This document shows positions 27,789-38,237 of a stretch of DNA of 64,000 nt, one piece after another. This DNA comes from Candidatus Omnitrophota bacterium. GTDB taxonomy: Bacteria; Omnitrophota; Gorgyraeia; Duberdicusellales; 4484-171. The stretch covers positions 8,615-72,614 of the forward strand of contig JBAZGN010000005.1 in NCBI GenBank assembly GCA_041652815.1. Direction: 5' to 3'. The stretch's first letter is position 1. Each line of letters begins with the position of its first letter. The position numbers were made by a program, and so were the translations under genes. Below the pieces are notes generated by a model. That model was given only the letters and a program-made list of their open reading frames with translations. It did no database searches and was not told the origin of the DNA.

Positions 27789-29544
27789 AAGCTTTCGGTT
27801 GAAACTGATTCTTTCATATGTCTTTGTAATATTGGTATCCTTTGGGTTTGTCGGAATCTTTTTGGATAAAAATTTAGAAAAAAATTCCCTCCGTAATATA
27901 GAAACTTCTCTTATCAATCAAGCAAAATTAATCGAAAATCAGATTTTTCCGGAAAGTATCAGAAAGGAAGATGCTCCCTATTTGGAAAAATTAGCCAGGG
28001 TATCATCCTTAAAGACAAAATGCCGTATCACTATCATTGATACCCGCGGTAAGGTTTTAGCGGATTCGGAGAAATCACAGGAAGATATGGAAAATCATCT
28101 TAACCGTCCGGAGGTGCAAGCTGCTTTAAAAGGCGGCATCGGCAGCGATACACGTTATTCTTCCACTCTTAAAATAGATATGCTTTATGTCGCCTTGCCG
28201 CTCAAAGACAAAAACACTACTATCGGAGTATTAAGATTGGCCCTTACTTTAGAGGGCGTACAGAAGACATTATTGGCGATTAGAAAAACAGTCCTTCTGG
28301 GGTTGCTTTTTGCTTTGGGTTTTGCTTTTGTCTTAGGCTCTGTGTTGGCAAGCCGGGCTACCAGGCCGATTAACAAGATGATTCAGGTTTCCCGTAAGTT
28401 TTCAGAAGGCGATTTTAGCCGCAGGATAATCCAGTCTTCCCAGGATGAAATAGGGGAATTGGCAGTGACTTTGAATAAGATGGCCCAAGACATAGAAAAT
28501 AAGATTAAAGAGATTGAAAATCAAAGCCAAAAACTTGCTGCAATTTTTAACAGCATGATTGAGGGGGTTATTGTTATAGATAAATCCGGGCGCATAATTT
28601 CCATGAATCCAACGATTGAAAAAATATTCGGCGTTTCTAAAGGTGATGTCGAAGGCGCGGTTTTCCTGGAAGCGATACGCAATAATGATATTGCAGAGGT
28701 TATTGATGCGGTTTTAAAAAAGGGAAATTCGTTATCTGTAGAAATAACGCTTATTTATCCTATACGTAAAATCTTCGAGGTCAGCGCAGTGCCTATTTTT
28801 GATAGTGGCGCTATTGCCGGATGTTTGGTGGCCATACATGACATAACCGAAATTCGAAAGCTTGAGACAGTCCGCAAAGATTTCGTAGCCAATGTCTCCC
28901 ATGAATTAAAAACGCCGCTTACCTCTATAAAAGGTTTTGTGGAAACACTTCTTGAGGGCGCGTTGGATGACAAAGAGAATAACCGTAACTTTTTAAAGAT
29001 TATCCAGGAGCACGCCGAACGCCTTAATAGTTTGGTTGAGGATTTGCTTTCTCTTTCGCATCTTGAATCGAAAGAGGTAGCGCTCGATAAGAAAAATTTT
29101 AATTTGCGGCAACAGCTTGAAGGGATTATTTCAGGTTTTAAATCTCAATTAAAAAAGAAAAATATTGAAATAAAGAATGAGTTGCCTTCCGGCATTTCAG
29201 TGAGTGCCGATAGAGGCAGGATAGAGCAGGTATTTACCAATCTAATCGATAATGCGACAAAATTTAATAAAGAAAATGGCGCTATCCGGGTATATGCAGA
29301 AGAATTAAACGGAAAAATAAAAGTTTTTGTCGAAGATTCGGGGATAGGTATTCCCGAAAAAGATATTCCCCGCATATTCGAACGTTTCTACCGCGTAGAC
29401 AAAGCGCGCTCGCGCGAACTCGGAGGAACCGGCCTTGGGCTTTCTATCGTCAAACACATCGTTGAACTGCACGGTGGTATGGTTGGCGTAGAAAGTATTG
29501 AAGGTTTTGGTTCAAAATTTTGGTTCATACTGCCCAGAGCATAA
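27778..29544 (+). CDS. phoR: PhoR-like sensor histidine kinase (2 TM, HAMP, PAS, HisKA, HATPase)
   Basis: 588 aa. H-box SHELKTPLTSI; N/G boxes NLIDNATKF, DSGIGI, GGTGLGLSIV. Overlaps phoB by 11 nt. Confidence 0.85.
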   Translation: MKIRSFRLKLILSYVFVILVSFGFVGIFLDKNLEKNSLRNIETSLINQAKLIENQIFPESIRKEDAPYLEKLARVSSLKTKCRITIIDTRGKVLADSEKSQEDMENHLNRPEVQAALKGGIGSDTRYSSTLKIDMLYVALPLKDKNTTIGVLRLALTLEGVQKTLLAIRKTVLLGLLFALGFAFVLGSVLASRATRPINKMIQVSRKFSEGDFSRRIIQSSQDEIGELAVTLNKMAQDIENKIKEIENQSQKLAAIFNSMIEGVIVIDKSGRIISMNPTIEKIFGVSKGDVEGAVFLEAIRNNDIAEVIDAVLKKGNSLSVEITLIYPIRKIFEVSAVPIFDSGAIAGCLVAIHDITEIRKLETVRKDFVANVSHELKTPLTSIKGFVETLLEGALDDKENNRNFLKIIQEHAERLNSLVEDLLSLSHLESKEVALDKKNFNLRQQLEGIISGFKSQLKKKNIEIKNELPSGISVSADRGRIEQVFTNLIDNATKFNKENGAIRVYAEELNGKIKVFVEDSGIGIPEKDIPRIFERFYRVDKARSRELGGTGLGLSIVKHIVELHGGMVGVESIEGFGSKFWFILPRA

Positions 29545-29570
29545 ATACAACACTCTTTTCTCACGCTAAA

Positions 29571-29640
29571 TATTTTACCCACATTTAACCACTTCTTTAG
29601 ACGCATTTAATACCACAATTGTATACTTTGTTTAACCGTG
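29571..29640 (+). promoter_or_regulatory. Cluster of phased TTT(T/A)ACC heptamer direct repeats (Pho-box-like), copy A
   Basis: TTTTACC (29574), TTTAACC (29584), TTTAATACC (29606), TTTAACC (29631), at roughly 10-11 bp or multiples. This fits tandem binding of an OmpR/PhoB-family dimer. It sits between phoR and the porin-pst operon. Confidence 0.4.
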
Positions 29641-29782
29641 AAAAGAATAAAAAGAGCAATTGTGTATTTGCGTCAGGTATTCAAACGGATTATCGAAGGA
29701 GAAAAGGAAAGTATTGCTAGATTTTGCTCAGATAGCAATCGTCCGTTCCAATGCTTTGAACAAACATACAAGGAGGTGAAAC

Positions 29783-29971
29783 ATGTGTCCGTGTATAAGT
29801 TCAAAAAGTAAATATGCGATATGCTTAAGAAATGCATCCGAATTAATGGTTCCTTCTGTTTCAGAAAGGGTTAATTATTGTTTTGGCGTATACGAACTTT
29901 GCCCATTTTTTGGCTTTAAAGAACTAAACGATGTAACCATCATTAATGGCTTGCATGAAGGGGCTATGTGA
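29783..29971 (+). CDS. Small Cys-rich protein, 62 aa
   Basis: Strong RBS caaggaggtgaaacATG. MCPCISSKSKYAICL... with 6 Cys. It follows Pho-box-like cluster A. Confidence 0.35.
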   Translation: MCPCISSKSKYAICLRNASELMVPSVSERVNYCFGVYELCPFFGFKELNDVTIINGLHEGAM

Positions 29972-30035
29972 TTTTACCCATATTTAACATTACCTTAAGG
30001 CTATCTTAACACCCGTATTTTATACTTTAATTGGA
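29968..30035 (+). promoter_or_regulatory. Pho-box-like heptamer repeat cluster, copy B (paralogous to 29571-29640)
   Basis: ATTTTACCCATATTTAAC... aligns with copy A (ATTTTACCCACATTTAAC...). It is followed by TTAACACC and TATACTTTAAT. Confidence 0.4.
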
Positions 30036-30056
30036 GAATGAAAGGAGATGTGGCAT

Positions 30057-30188
30057 GAAAAGAATAATTTCAAGTATATTAAATTCAATAAGAAATTTTT
30101 TTAAAAAAATGTCAGATAACGAAGCAAAAAGATTCATTGAACTTTACAAACATGTTTTCGATTCCAATTCTAGAAAAGGGAGGTGAGG
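30057..30188 (+). CDS. Small basic protein, 43 aa
   Basis: RBS aaaggagatgtggcATG. MKRIISSILNSIRNFFKKMSDNEAKRFIELYKHVFDSNSRKGR. Its stop lies 1 nt before the next ATG. Confidence 0.3.
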
Positions 30189-30189
30189 T

Positions 30190-30387
30190 ATGGTTAAGGT
30201 AAAAGGCGCAAACGCGGATGAGATGGCGGCAGGTTTGCGCTCAATCGTTCTTGAATTAGAAATATTACTTCAGGCGATAGAGAAGAACGACACTGTTGTT
30301 GACGGGTATTTTGAAGAAAATTTAAAGAAAATAGGCTCTACCATTAATATATTAAGGAGACGATTCCAGGAAAGGAGGTTTGTATGA
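30190..30387 (+). CDS. Small helical protein, 65 aa, translationally coupled to the porin gene
   Basis: Strong RBS aaagggaggtgaggtATG. Its stop overlaps the porin start (ATGA). Confidence 0.45.
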   Translation: MVKVKGANADEMAAGLRSIVLELEILLQAIEKNDTVVDGYFEENLKKIGSTINILRRRFQERRFV

Positions 30388-31688
30388 GAAGGTGGGAATT
30401 CTTTGTTTCTTTTATCGCATTAATTTTTATCTCAAAAGTTGTCTTTGCAGGGGAAGTCGACATTCTTGTCCAGAAGCTCGTTGATAAAGGTATATTAACT
30501 CCCGGTGAGGCGCAGCAAATTGTTACTGAGACAAAAGAAGAGGTAAAAAAAGAGATTGCTAAAGGCACTTATTCCTCGCTTCCGTCATGGGTTCAGAACA
30601 CTAAACTAAAAGGAGATTTCAGATTACGGTACCAGCATGACCATGCAAAAGTTTTGGCTAATTCCACAACAAATAAAACCGGCGATCAAAATAGAGCCAG
30701 AATCCGCATGCGCCTGGGCTTTGAAAGTAAAGTTAACGACAAATTACTAGTTGGTGTAGGCATAGCGACCGGTAAATCCGACGGTTCTGCTGACGCGGCT
30801 CGTTCTACTAACTGGACATTGGGCGATGGTGGTTTTGGCAAAAAACCAATAGCTTTAGACTACGCATATGCGCAGTATAACGTTACCCCGTGGGCTACGG
30901 TTATCGGTGGTAAATTTAAAAATCCGCTTTGGGAGCCGGGAGACCTGATCTGGGATACAGATATTAATCCCGAGGGCGGCACTGTTAAATTAAGCATGAC
31001 AAAATTAATCCCAAACACAGAATTATTTATGAACGCTGGAGTTCTGTTGCCAGGAAATTCAAGCAGTTGGTCAGCTGACCCCACGCTTTTTGCTGTCCAA
31101 CCGGGCATCGTCTATAATTTTAACGATAAAGTTCAGCTAAAAGGCGCTTTCTCTTACTATGATTTTACCGGAGTTCGTGGCAAAGTTTTAAGCGGTAATG
31201 CCGGCACCAACAGCGGCGCGACTACAGGTTTAGCATATAGCTACAGGAATATCATTCCAGCAGCGGAACTCACCATAAAAGAACCATTAAAATTTGCGGG
31301 CCTGGATCTCCCATATTTTGCGCTTTTTGGAGAATACGTCCAAAACGTTGCGCTTAGAGCGGATGACACAAATGGTGACGACAATACCGGGTATATGTTA
31401 GGACTAAAGTTTGGCGCGGAGAAAGTGGAAAAATGGGCAGATTGGCAGGTTAGATATAATTATGCCATGCTTGAAAAGGATGCGGTATTAGATACACTTC
31501 CTGATTCTGATCGTTATGGTGGGAAAACAGGAATGCGGTCGCACGAGCTTATGTTTGACTGGGGTTTGGGTAAAAATACCTGGATTGGTATTGACGGTTA
31601 TTATGGATGGCAGCTTAAAGGAAATTTTGGTTCTACCCAGTCTAAACCGGCCTCGGTATTACAAATTGATTGGAATTTAAAATTTTAA
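30384..31688 (+). CDS. Outer-membrane porin (phosphate-selective porin O/P-like) preceding pstS
   Basis: 434 aa. Signal peptide, short coiled coil, beta-barrel-like body, C-terminal ...WNLKF. Positioned as the first gene of the pst operon. Confidence 0.6.
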   Translation: MRRWEFFVSFIALIFISKVVFAGEVDILVQKLVDKGILTPGEAQQIVTETKEEVKKEIAKGTYSSLPSWVQNTKLKGDFRLRYQHDHAKVLANSTTNKTGDQNRARIRMRLGFESKVNDKLLVGVGIATGKSDGSADAARSTNWTLGDGGFGKKPIALDYAYAQYNVTPWATVIGGKFKNPLWEPGDLIWDTDINPEGGTVKLSMTKLIPNTELFMNAGVLLPGNSSSWSADPTLFAVQPGIVYNFNDKVQLKGAFSYYDFTGVRGKVLSGNAGTNSGATTGLAYSYRNIIPAAELTIKEPLKFAGLDLPYFALFGEYVQNVALRADDTNGDDNTGYMLGLKFGAEKVEKWADWQVRYNYAMLEKDAVLDTLPDSDRYGGKTGMRSHELMFDWGLGKNTWIGIDGYYGWQLKGNFGSTQSKPASVLQIDWNLKF

Positions 31689-31707
31689 CTATCAGGAGGA
31701 AAAATAT

Positions 31708-32526
31708 ATGAGGAATTTAAACAGAATTTTTTTCTCGGTACTGCTTATCTTGGGATTGGCAATACCGTGTTTTGCCGGAACTAAAAATATAAAAATTAAC
31801 GGTTCAACTACCGTGCTTCCTATCGCGCAAGCGTGTGCGGAAAAATTTATGGAAAAAAATTCTGATATAAATATTTCTGTGCAAGGCGGCGGCTCAGGCG
31901 TGGGCATCTCTTCCCTTATTGATAAAACTACAGACATCGCCGATTCTTCAAGGGCGATAAAGGATACTGAATTAGATAAAGCAGTGGCTAATGGTGTAGA
32001 GCCAAAAGCACACGTTGTTGCTATGGATGGAATCGCTCTAGTAATTAATCCTTCAAACAATATCAGTGCACTTACCAAGAAACAAATAAGAGATATTTAC
32101 ACAGGGGCCATATCTAACTGGTCGCAGCTTGGCGGTCCTGACGAAAAAATAGTAGTTGTTTCCAGGGACACATCAAGCGGAACATTCGAAGCATTTAATG
32201 AACTTGCTTTAGATAAAGTCAAAGTTAGGACTGATGCACTGATGGAAGCGTCCAATCAGGCTGTAGTTTCCGTTGTCGATAAAACTCCCGGAGCTGTAGG
32301 CTATGTTGGGCTTGGATATATTCAAGCGGGAGTAAAAGCAGTTAGTGTAAATGGGATAATGCCTTCTAAGGAAACGGTCCTTTTAGGTAAATACCCTATT
32401 TCGCGGCCGCTTTTTATGTATACAAATGGTGCGCCTCAAGGAGCGATTAAAAAATTTATCGATTTTGTTTTAAGCCAAGAGGGGCAAAAAATAGCTGACG
32501 AGCAAGGTTATGTAGGAATTAAATAG
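31708..32526 (+). CDS. pstS: Phosphate ABC transporter substrate-binding protein
   Basis: Lipoprotein-like signal (LAIPCFAG), GSTTVLP, SVQGGGSGVGIS, SSRAIKD, YPISRPLFMYTNG. Confidence 0.9.
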   Translation: MRNLNRIFFSVLLILGLAIPCFAGTKNIKINGSTTVLPIAQACAEKFMEKNSDINISVQGGGSGVGISSLIDKTTDIADSSRAIKDTELDKAVANGVEPKAHVVAMDGIALVINPSNNISALTKKQIRDIYTGAISNWSQLGGPDEKIVVVSRDTSSGTFEAFNELALDKVKVRTDALMEASNQAVVSVVDKTPGAVGYVGLGYIQAGVKAVSVNGIMPSKETVLLGKYPISRPLFMYTNGAPQGAIKKFIDFVLSQEGQKIADEQGYVGIK

Positions 32527-32588
32527 TTTTTACTCATTAGTCACTTTCCTTTATTTATCAGTCCCGATGTAACATCGGGACTGATAAA

Positions 32589-33482
32589 TTGAATAACATG
32601 AAAGAAAAAATATATAAATGGATATTTACGATGGTTGCTTTTGCCTCTTTGCTTTTTTTAACCGGGATTACCATAATTCTTTTTAAAGAAAGTTTGCCTC
32701 TTTTTCAAAAAGTAAAATTCTTTGATTTTATCTTTGGAAAGGCCTGGTATCCCACATATGAACTTCCTGAATTTGGAATTTTACCGCTCATTTTAGCATC
32801 GGTACTAGTTACGATAGGCGCTCTGTTTGTATGCGTACCTTTAGGTATAGGAAGCGCCTTGTATATACATGAATTAGCAGGACCAAAACAAAAATCCATT
32901 TTGAAGCCAACAATAGAAATATTGGCAAGTATCCCTTCAATAGTTTTCGGATTTTTTGCGATGGCTATAATGGCACCTTTCCTGCAAAAGCTTTTACACA
33001 TCCCTGTTGGCCTTTGCGCGTTTACGGCAAGCTTAGTTTTAGGCATAATGGCCGTTCCAACCGTATGCAGTATAGCTGAAGACGCATTAAGTTATGTCCC
33101 GAAAAGTTTCAAAGAAGCTTCTTTAGCGGTTGGAGCAAACAGATGGCAAACATTGATAAGGGTTGTGATTCCTGCGGCTGGTTCCGGGATATCAACCGCA
33201 ATAATCCTTGGAATGAGTAGAGCTATAGGAGAGACCATGACGGTGCTTATGGCTGCCGGAGGCGCGGCAATCATCCCAAGCAAATTAAGCGATTTATTTG
33301 CGCCTGTCAGGCCAATGACTGCGACAATTGCAGCTGAGATGGGTGAAGCAGCCATGGGAGGTTTGCACTACCATGCATTATTTGCGATAGGTCTTATTCT
33401 TTTTATCGTTACATTTGTATTTAATATTATTGCCGAGCTAATAAGCAGAAAATTCAGGCTTAAGCTTGGGCTTAGTGGATAA
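32589..33482 (+). CDS. pstC: Phosphate ABC transporter permease PstC
   Basis: 6-TM permease with EAA-like loop EASLAVGANRWQTLIRVVIPAAGSGI. Confidence 0.9.
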   Translation: MNNMKEKIYKWIFTMVAFASLLFLTGITIILFKESLPLFQKVKFFDFIFGKAWYPTYELPEFGILPLILASVLVTIGALFVCVPLGIGSALYIHELAGPKQKSILKPTIEILASIPSIVFGFFAMAIMAPFLQKLLHIPVGLCAFTASLVLGIMAVPTVCSIAEDALSYVPKSFKEASLAVGANRWQTLIRVVIPAAGSGISTAIILGMSRAIGETMTVLMAAGGAAIIPSKLSDLFAPVRPMTATIAAEMGEAAMGGLHYHALFAIGLILFIVTFVFNIIAELISRKFRLKLGLSG

Positions 33483-33486
33483 GCCT

Positions 33487-34428
33487 ATGAATGGAAATGG
33501 ACAATTAGCGTCGGTCAAAGCATCTTATTCTATAGAAAAAGCTTTTGACCGGATAACTAAAATACAACTTCCGGAAAAAAAATCAAGCGGTAAGCTCAAG
33601 CAAAAACTTGGTTTTTTCCTTTTAGGATTATCTATGGCAATAGTGCTTCTTTTTTTGGGAAGCATTGTGTATTTTATTGTTACAAAAGGGATAAGGGCAA
33701 TCTCTTGGGAGTTCTTAACGCAGGTGCCGAAATCAGCAATGACCAAAGGCGGGGTTGCGCCGGCCATTGTAGGTACGCTTTATCTAACGCTTGGTTCGAT
33801 AATTTTTGCGCTTCCACTAGGTCTTGCTTGCGCAATATATCTTTGCGAATACAGCCCAAAAAATATTATCGTTAATATAATTCGTATTAGCATCAATAAC
33901 CTTGCCGGAGTGCCTTCTGTGGTGTTTGGTTTATTTGGCTTGGCGGTGTTTGTTAAATTTTTTGGGTTTGGCGTGTCAATACTATCAGGAAGCCTTACGC
34001 TGGGGATATTGGTATTACCTTCGATAATCTCTGCAACGCAAGAATCTCTTTTGGCTCTGCCTCAATCAATAAGAGAAGCTTCTTTGGCACTCGGCGCAAC
34101 CCAATGGCAAACCATAAAAAAAGTTATTTTGCCTTCAGCTTTACCCGGAATTCTTACCGGAATTATTTTAAGTATCGGCCGTGTTGCCGGAGAAACCGCG
34201 CCTATTCTGTTTACGGCAGCAACTTTTTATATGCGCGGCTATCCGAAATCATTGTTTTCAGAGGTGATGGCTTTGCCTTATCACATATATGCGCTTATGA
34301 CTGAAGGAACACACCCCGAAGCGCAAACACAAATTGCTTACGGTTGCGCTTTAATATTACTTGTGCTGGTGCTTTTTATTTCAAGTATCGCAATAATTAT
34401 CAGGCAAAGAACAAAAGATTTAGTTTAG
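33487..34428 (+). CDS. pstA: Phosphate ABC transporter permease PstA
   Basis: [32 protein letters not shown]. The start is ambiguous between the TTG at 33466 (track) and the ATG at 33487. I give the ATG. Confidence 0.8.
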   Translation: MNGNGQLASVKASYSIEKAFDRITKIQLPEKKSSGKLKQKLGFFLLGLSMAIVLLFLGSIVYFIVTKGIRAISWEFLTQVPKSAMTKGGVAPAIVGTLYLTLGSIIFALPLGLACAIYLCEYSPKNIIVNIIRISINNLAGVPSVVFGLFGLAVFVKFFGFGVSILSGSLTLGILVLPSIISATQESLLALPQSIREASLALGATQWQTIKKVILPSALPGILTGIILSIGRVAGETAPILFTAATFYMRGYPKSLFSEVMALPYHIYALMTEGTHPEAQTQIAYGCALILLVLVLFISSIAIIIRQRTKDLV

Positions 34429-34442
34429 ACAAAGAAAATATT

Positions 34443-35207
34443 ATGGAAAACAATAAAACAAGAATTAAGGTAAGAGAGGTAAATTTTTATTATAATAAAA
34501 CCAAGGCATTAAAAAATATCGATTTAGATATTTACGAAAATAAGGTAACAGCGCTAATAGGGCCTTCGGGTTGCGGGAAATCTACGTTTATAAGGTTAAT
34601 CAACCGCATGAACGACCTTATAATACATAGCCGGTTTGAAGGAAATATTTACCTGGATGGAGAAGATGTTTACAGTCCGGCGATAGATGTGGCTGATTTA
34701 AGGCGGCGCGTGGGTATGGTATTTCAAAAACCTAATCCTTTCCCAAAAACAATTTTCCAGAATATAAGTTATGGTATGGAAGTCAACGGCATAAAAAACA
34801 AATTATTTATAAACAACCGGGTTGAAGAATCGCTTAAAAAAGCAGCTTTATGGGAAGAGGTAAAAGATAGATTAAACGATAGCGCTCTTAGGCTTTCCGG
34901 CGGGCAACAGCAGCGTTTGTGTATCGCGCGTGCGCTTTCGGTTGAACCGGAAGTAATTTTATTTGATGAGCCATGCGCAAGCTTAGATCCTGTTTCAACC
35001 AGAAAGATTGAAGAATTACTTCTTGAATTAAAAAAAGAGTATACGATAGTTATCGTTACACATAATATGCAGCAGGCGGCTCGGGTTTCCGATTATACCG
35101 CCTTTTTATATCTTGGAGAATTAATTGAGTTTGGAAGAACCGAAAAAATATTTACCGTTCCGAAAAGTAAAATGACCGAAGAGTACGTTACGGGAAAATT
35201 TGGATAA
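34443..35207 (+). CDS. pstB: Phosphate ABC transporter ATP-binding protein PstB (canonical motifs)
   Basis: Walker [10 protein letters not shown], signature LSGGQQQRL, Walker B ILFDEP, H-loop VTHN. I moved the start to the ATG at 34443 (RBS aaagaaaatattATG). Confidence 0.9.
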   Translation: MENNKTRIKVREVNFYYNKTKALKNIDLDIYENKVTALIGPSGCGKSTFIRLINRMNDLIIHSRFEGNIYLDGEDVYSPAIDVADLRRRVGMVFQKPNPFPKTIFQNISYGMEVNGIKNKLFINNRVEESLKKAALWEEVKDRLNDSALRLSGGQQQRLCIARALSVEPEVILFDEPCASLDPVSTRKIEELLLELKKEYTIVIVTHNMQQAARVSDYTAFLYLGELIEFGRTEKIFTVPKSKMTEEYVTGKFG

Positions 35208-35226
35208 CAGCTATAAAGGAATACAA

Positions 35227-35652
35227 ATGGAAAAGAAAAAAGTATTATTCATATGCAAGCATAATTCTGCAAGGAGTCAAATGGCTGAAGGGTTGCTTAA
35301 AAATTTCTTTGGCGATTATTATGAAGTTTATAGTGCAGGTGCAGAACCGTCTACAGTTAATCCTTTTGCTATAAAGGCAATGGAAGAAATAGGCATAGAT
35401 ATATCAAGGCAACGCTCAAAAAGTATTAACGAGTTTATCGATTCGCAATTTGATTATGTGATTACGGTATGCGATTCCGCAGAGACTGCCTGCCCATTTT
35501 TCTCTAACAGCAGATACTATGTACATAAAAGTTTTAAGGATCCTTCGCAAATTTCCGGCTCTCACGCAAAAAAGCTGGAAGCTTTTCGTAATACCAGAGA
35601 CGAGATAAAACAATGGATGGAAAAATCATTTTTTAAGGAAATAGGTAAATGA
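35227..35652 (+). CDS. arsC: Thioredoxin-coupled arsenate reductase / LMW-PTP family (ArsC, three-Cys type) embedded in the pst operon
   Basis: CKHNSARSQMAEG P-loop (CX5R), downstream Cys pair TVCDSAETACP, and DP motif, as in B. subtilis ArsC. Lies between pstB and phoU. Confidence 0.75.
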   Translation: MEKKKVLFICKHNSARSQMAEGLLKNFFGDYYEVYSAGAEPSTVNPFAIKAMEEIGIDISRQRSKSINEFIDSQFDYVITVCDSAETACPFFSNSRYYVHKSFKDPSQISGSHAKKLEAFRNTRDEIKQWMEKSFFKEIGK

Positions 35653-35683
35653 TTCTAATCTTCTGGAAAAAAGGAGAAAAACA

Positions 35684-36352
35684 ATGGAAAGGCATTTTGA
35701 CGAGGAATTAAAAAAATTGAAAGAAAATATTATCACGATGTCTTTGATATCGCAAGATATGATTGAGGATGCAATTATTATGCTCAAGGAAAGAAAAAGT
35801 GAATTAAAAGAAAGCGTATTTGAGAAAGAAAGAAAACTTAATATGATACAGATAGAGATAGACAACATAGCTTTTAAACTTATCGTGCTTAGGCAACCGG
35901 CTGCGGGGGACTTGCGATTTCTTATATCAGCTATTAAGATTAATTCCGACCTGGAAAGGATTGGTGACCTTGCGGTAAATATAGTCGAACGTAACCAGGA
36001 ATTACTTAAAGAGCTGCCGTTAAAACCGCTGATAGGTATACCACGAATGGCAAAGATATCACAAAAGATGGTGCATGACGCTATAGATTCTTTTATTAAT
36101 AGAAAAGCGGAATTAGCGCAACAGGTGTGTTGTCAGGATGATATAGTAGATAACCTGAACGAGCAAATTTTCAGAGAGTTATTGACATATATGTTGCAGG
36201 ATACGAAAAACATAACTCGCGCAATAAGCCTTACATTTATTTCGAAATATCTCGAACGCATTGCCGATCATGCTACTAACATCGGTGAAGATGTATACTA
36301 TATGGTAGAAGGTAAAGATATCCGGCATCATAGCGATGACTATTGTAAATAA
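35684..36352 (+). CDS. phoU: Phosphate signalling regulator PhoU
   Basis: 222 aa. Two PhoU repeats with DLERIGD / ERIADHATNI metal-binding motifs. Confidence 0.9.
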   Translation: MERHFDEELKKLKENIITMSLISQDMIEDAIIMLKERKSELKESVFEKERKLNMIQIEIDNIAFKLIVLRQPAAGDLRFLISAIKINSDLERIGDLAVNIVERNQELLKELPLKPLIGIPRMAKISQKMVHDAIDSFINRKAELAQQVCCQDDIVDNLNEQIFRELLTYMLQDTKNITRAISLTFISKYLERIADHATNIGEDVYYMVEGKDIRHHSDDYCK

Positions 36353-36512
36353 GATATAACTATAAACTTTCCACTGAAATCTACTTGCCCGAAGTTTATC
36401 AAACAATCAAAGAGCTAATCTGGGTGATATTCTGATTTTACATAGATTTTACATAGATTTTACACTCACCTAACATACCTATCATAAAATACTTTATTAA
36501 AAGGAGGCAAAC

Positions 36513-37367
36513 ATGTTTAAGAGATGGTTATTTATTTTAGGAATAATTACTTTTGCAAACCCGCTATTCGCCGCGTCAAATAAAAATTCTATCCAAATCA
36601 AAGGTTCAGATACCATGGTCAATTTAGGCCAGGCGTGGGCTGAAAAGTACATGGAGAAAAATACCGCTGAATTTGTAGCAGTCACCGGCGGCGGTTCAGG
36701 CACTGGGCTTTCCAGTTTAATCAGCGCTACCTGCGATATTGCGATGAGTTCAAGAAATATCAAAGATAAAGAAATTTCCTTAGCTAAACAAAAAGGAATA
36801 AATCCTTACGAGATAAAAGTAGCTTTGGATGGTTTAGCCGTAGTGGTTAACCCCAAAAATCCTGTGAGCAAATTGACTATTGACCAGCTTGCTCAGATTT
36901 TTACCGGGAAGATTACTAATTGGAAGGAACTTGGCGGGCAAGATATGAAAATTGTTATTCTTTCGCGTGAGGTCAACTCAGGAACGCACGTTTATTTTAA
37001 AGAGCATGTGTTAAGAAGAGGCGACCCAAACGCGAAAGATGAATTTGCTCCGACTGCACTATTACTTTCTTCTTCTCAGGCAATCGCAGACGAGGTAGCG
37101 GGTAACTCTGCAGCAATAGGATATTACGGGATGGGATATATTTCGGCTAAACAAAAGCCCATTATGGTAGCTAAAGATGAGAAGGCTGCGTATGAAACAC
37201 CATCCATAGAAAATGTGGTTAATGGTAAGTATCCAATATCTCGGCCGCTATTCCTTTATACGAACGGAGAGCCAAAGGAGTTGGTAAAGAAATTTGTAGA
37301 TTTTTGTCTTTCCAAGGAAGGGCAAGATATTGTTCTAAAAACTGATTTTGTTCCCGTAAGCAAATAA
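36513..37367 (+). CDS. pstS: Phosphate ABC substrate-binding protein, second system
   Basis: GSDTMVNLGQAWAEKY, TGGGSGTGLSS, SSRNIKD, YPISRPLFLYTNG. Confidence 0.9.
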   Translation: MFKRWLFILGIITFANPLFAASNKNSIQIKGSDTMVNLGQAWAEKYMEKNTAEFVAVTGGGSGTGLSSLISATCDIAMSSRNIKDKEISLAKQKGINPYEIKVALDGLAVVVNPKNPVSKLTIDQLAQIFTGKITNWKELGGQDMKIVILSREVNSGTHVYFKEHVLRRGDPNAKDEFAPTALLLSSSQAIADEVAGNSAAIGYYGMGYISAKQKPIMVAKDEKAAYETPSIENVVNGKYPISRPLFLYTNGEPKELVKKFVDFCLSKEGQDIVLKTDFVPVSK

Positions 37368-37373
37368 ATTTCC

Positions 37374-38237
37374 ATGCGTAAAATTAAAGAGTTCATCATT
37401 GAGAAGCTAATCTTGATTTCAGGATTAGCTTCTATCTTTTTCGTTATTCTTATCTTTTTATTTCTCCTCAAGGAAGGATTCGCAGTATTTAAAATAGAAA
37501 GCCCGCTTAATTTTCTTTTCGGCAGAAGCTGGTATCCGATTTCAGAACCGCCTCAACTAGGGATATTGCCGTTGATTCTTGGTTCTTTGCTGGTTACCCT
37601 GGGGGCTGCGATAATTTCCATACCCATCGGAATAGGATGCGCGGTTTACATTGCCGAAATAGCCCCGGTTAAAATCAAAGAAATACTTAAGGCAGGTGTA
37701 GAGTTATTAGCGGCTATACCCAGTGTTGTTTTGGGTTTTGTAGGTATGGTAACGTTGGTGCCTTTGGTAAAGACAATTTTTCATTTGCCCACAGGCCTTA
37801 CCGCGCTGTCCGGTTCGATAATGCTGGCATTTATGGCTATGCCGACAATCGTTTCGATTGCCGAAGATGCTCTTTATTCAGTTCCAAAAAATTATAAAGA
37901 AGGTGCTCTCGCGCTAGGAGCAACCCATTGGCAAACCATTTGGCGAGTGATGCTTCCGGCAGCGTCCAGCGGGATACTTGCCGCGGTAATGTTGGGGATT
38001 GGCAGAGTAATAGGCGAGACAATGGCGGTTATGATGATTACTGGAAATGCCGCGGTGATTCCGCAGAGCATTTTGGTTCCGGTAAGAACCTTGACTGCAA
38101 CTATCGCGGCAGAAATGGGCGAGGCTGTAGTAGGGAGCGAGCATTATTTTGCTTTGTTCGCTATTGGCATAGTTTTATTTGTTATAAGCTTCGCAATTAA
38201 CGTAACCGCAGATTTATTTTTGCATAAGAAAGAATGA
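37374..38237 (+). CDS. pstC: PstC permease, second system
   Basis: EGALALGATHWQTIWRVMLPAASSGIL. Confidence 0.9.
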   Translation: MRKIKEFIIEKLILISGLASIFFVILIFLFLLKEGFAVFKIESPLNFLFGRSWYPISEPPQLGILPLILGSLLVTLGAAIISIPIGIGCAVYIAEIAPVKIKEILKAGVELLAAIPSVVLGFVGMVTLVPLVKTIFHLPTGLTALSGSIMLAFMAMPTIVSIAEDALYSVPKNYKEGALALGATHWQTIWRVMLPAASSGILAAVMLGIGRVIGETMAVMMITGNAAVIPQSILVPVRTLTATIAAEMGEAVVGSEHYFALFAIGIVLFVISFAINVTADLFLHKKE

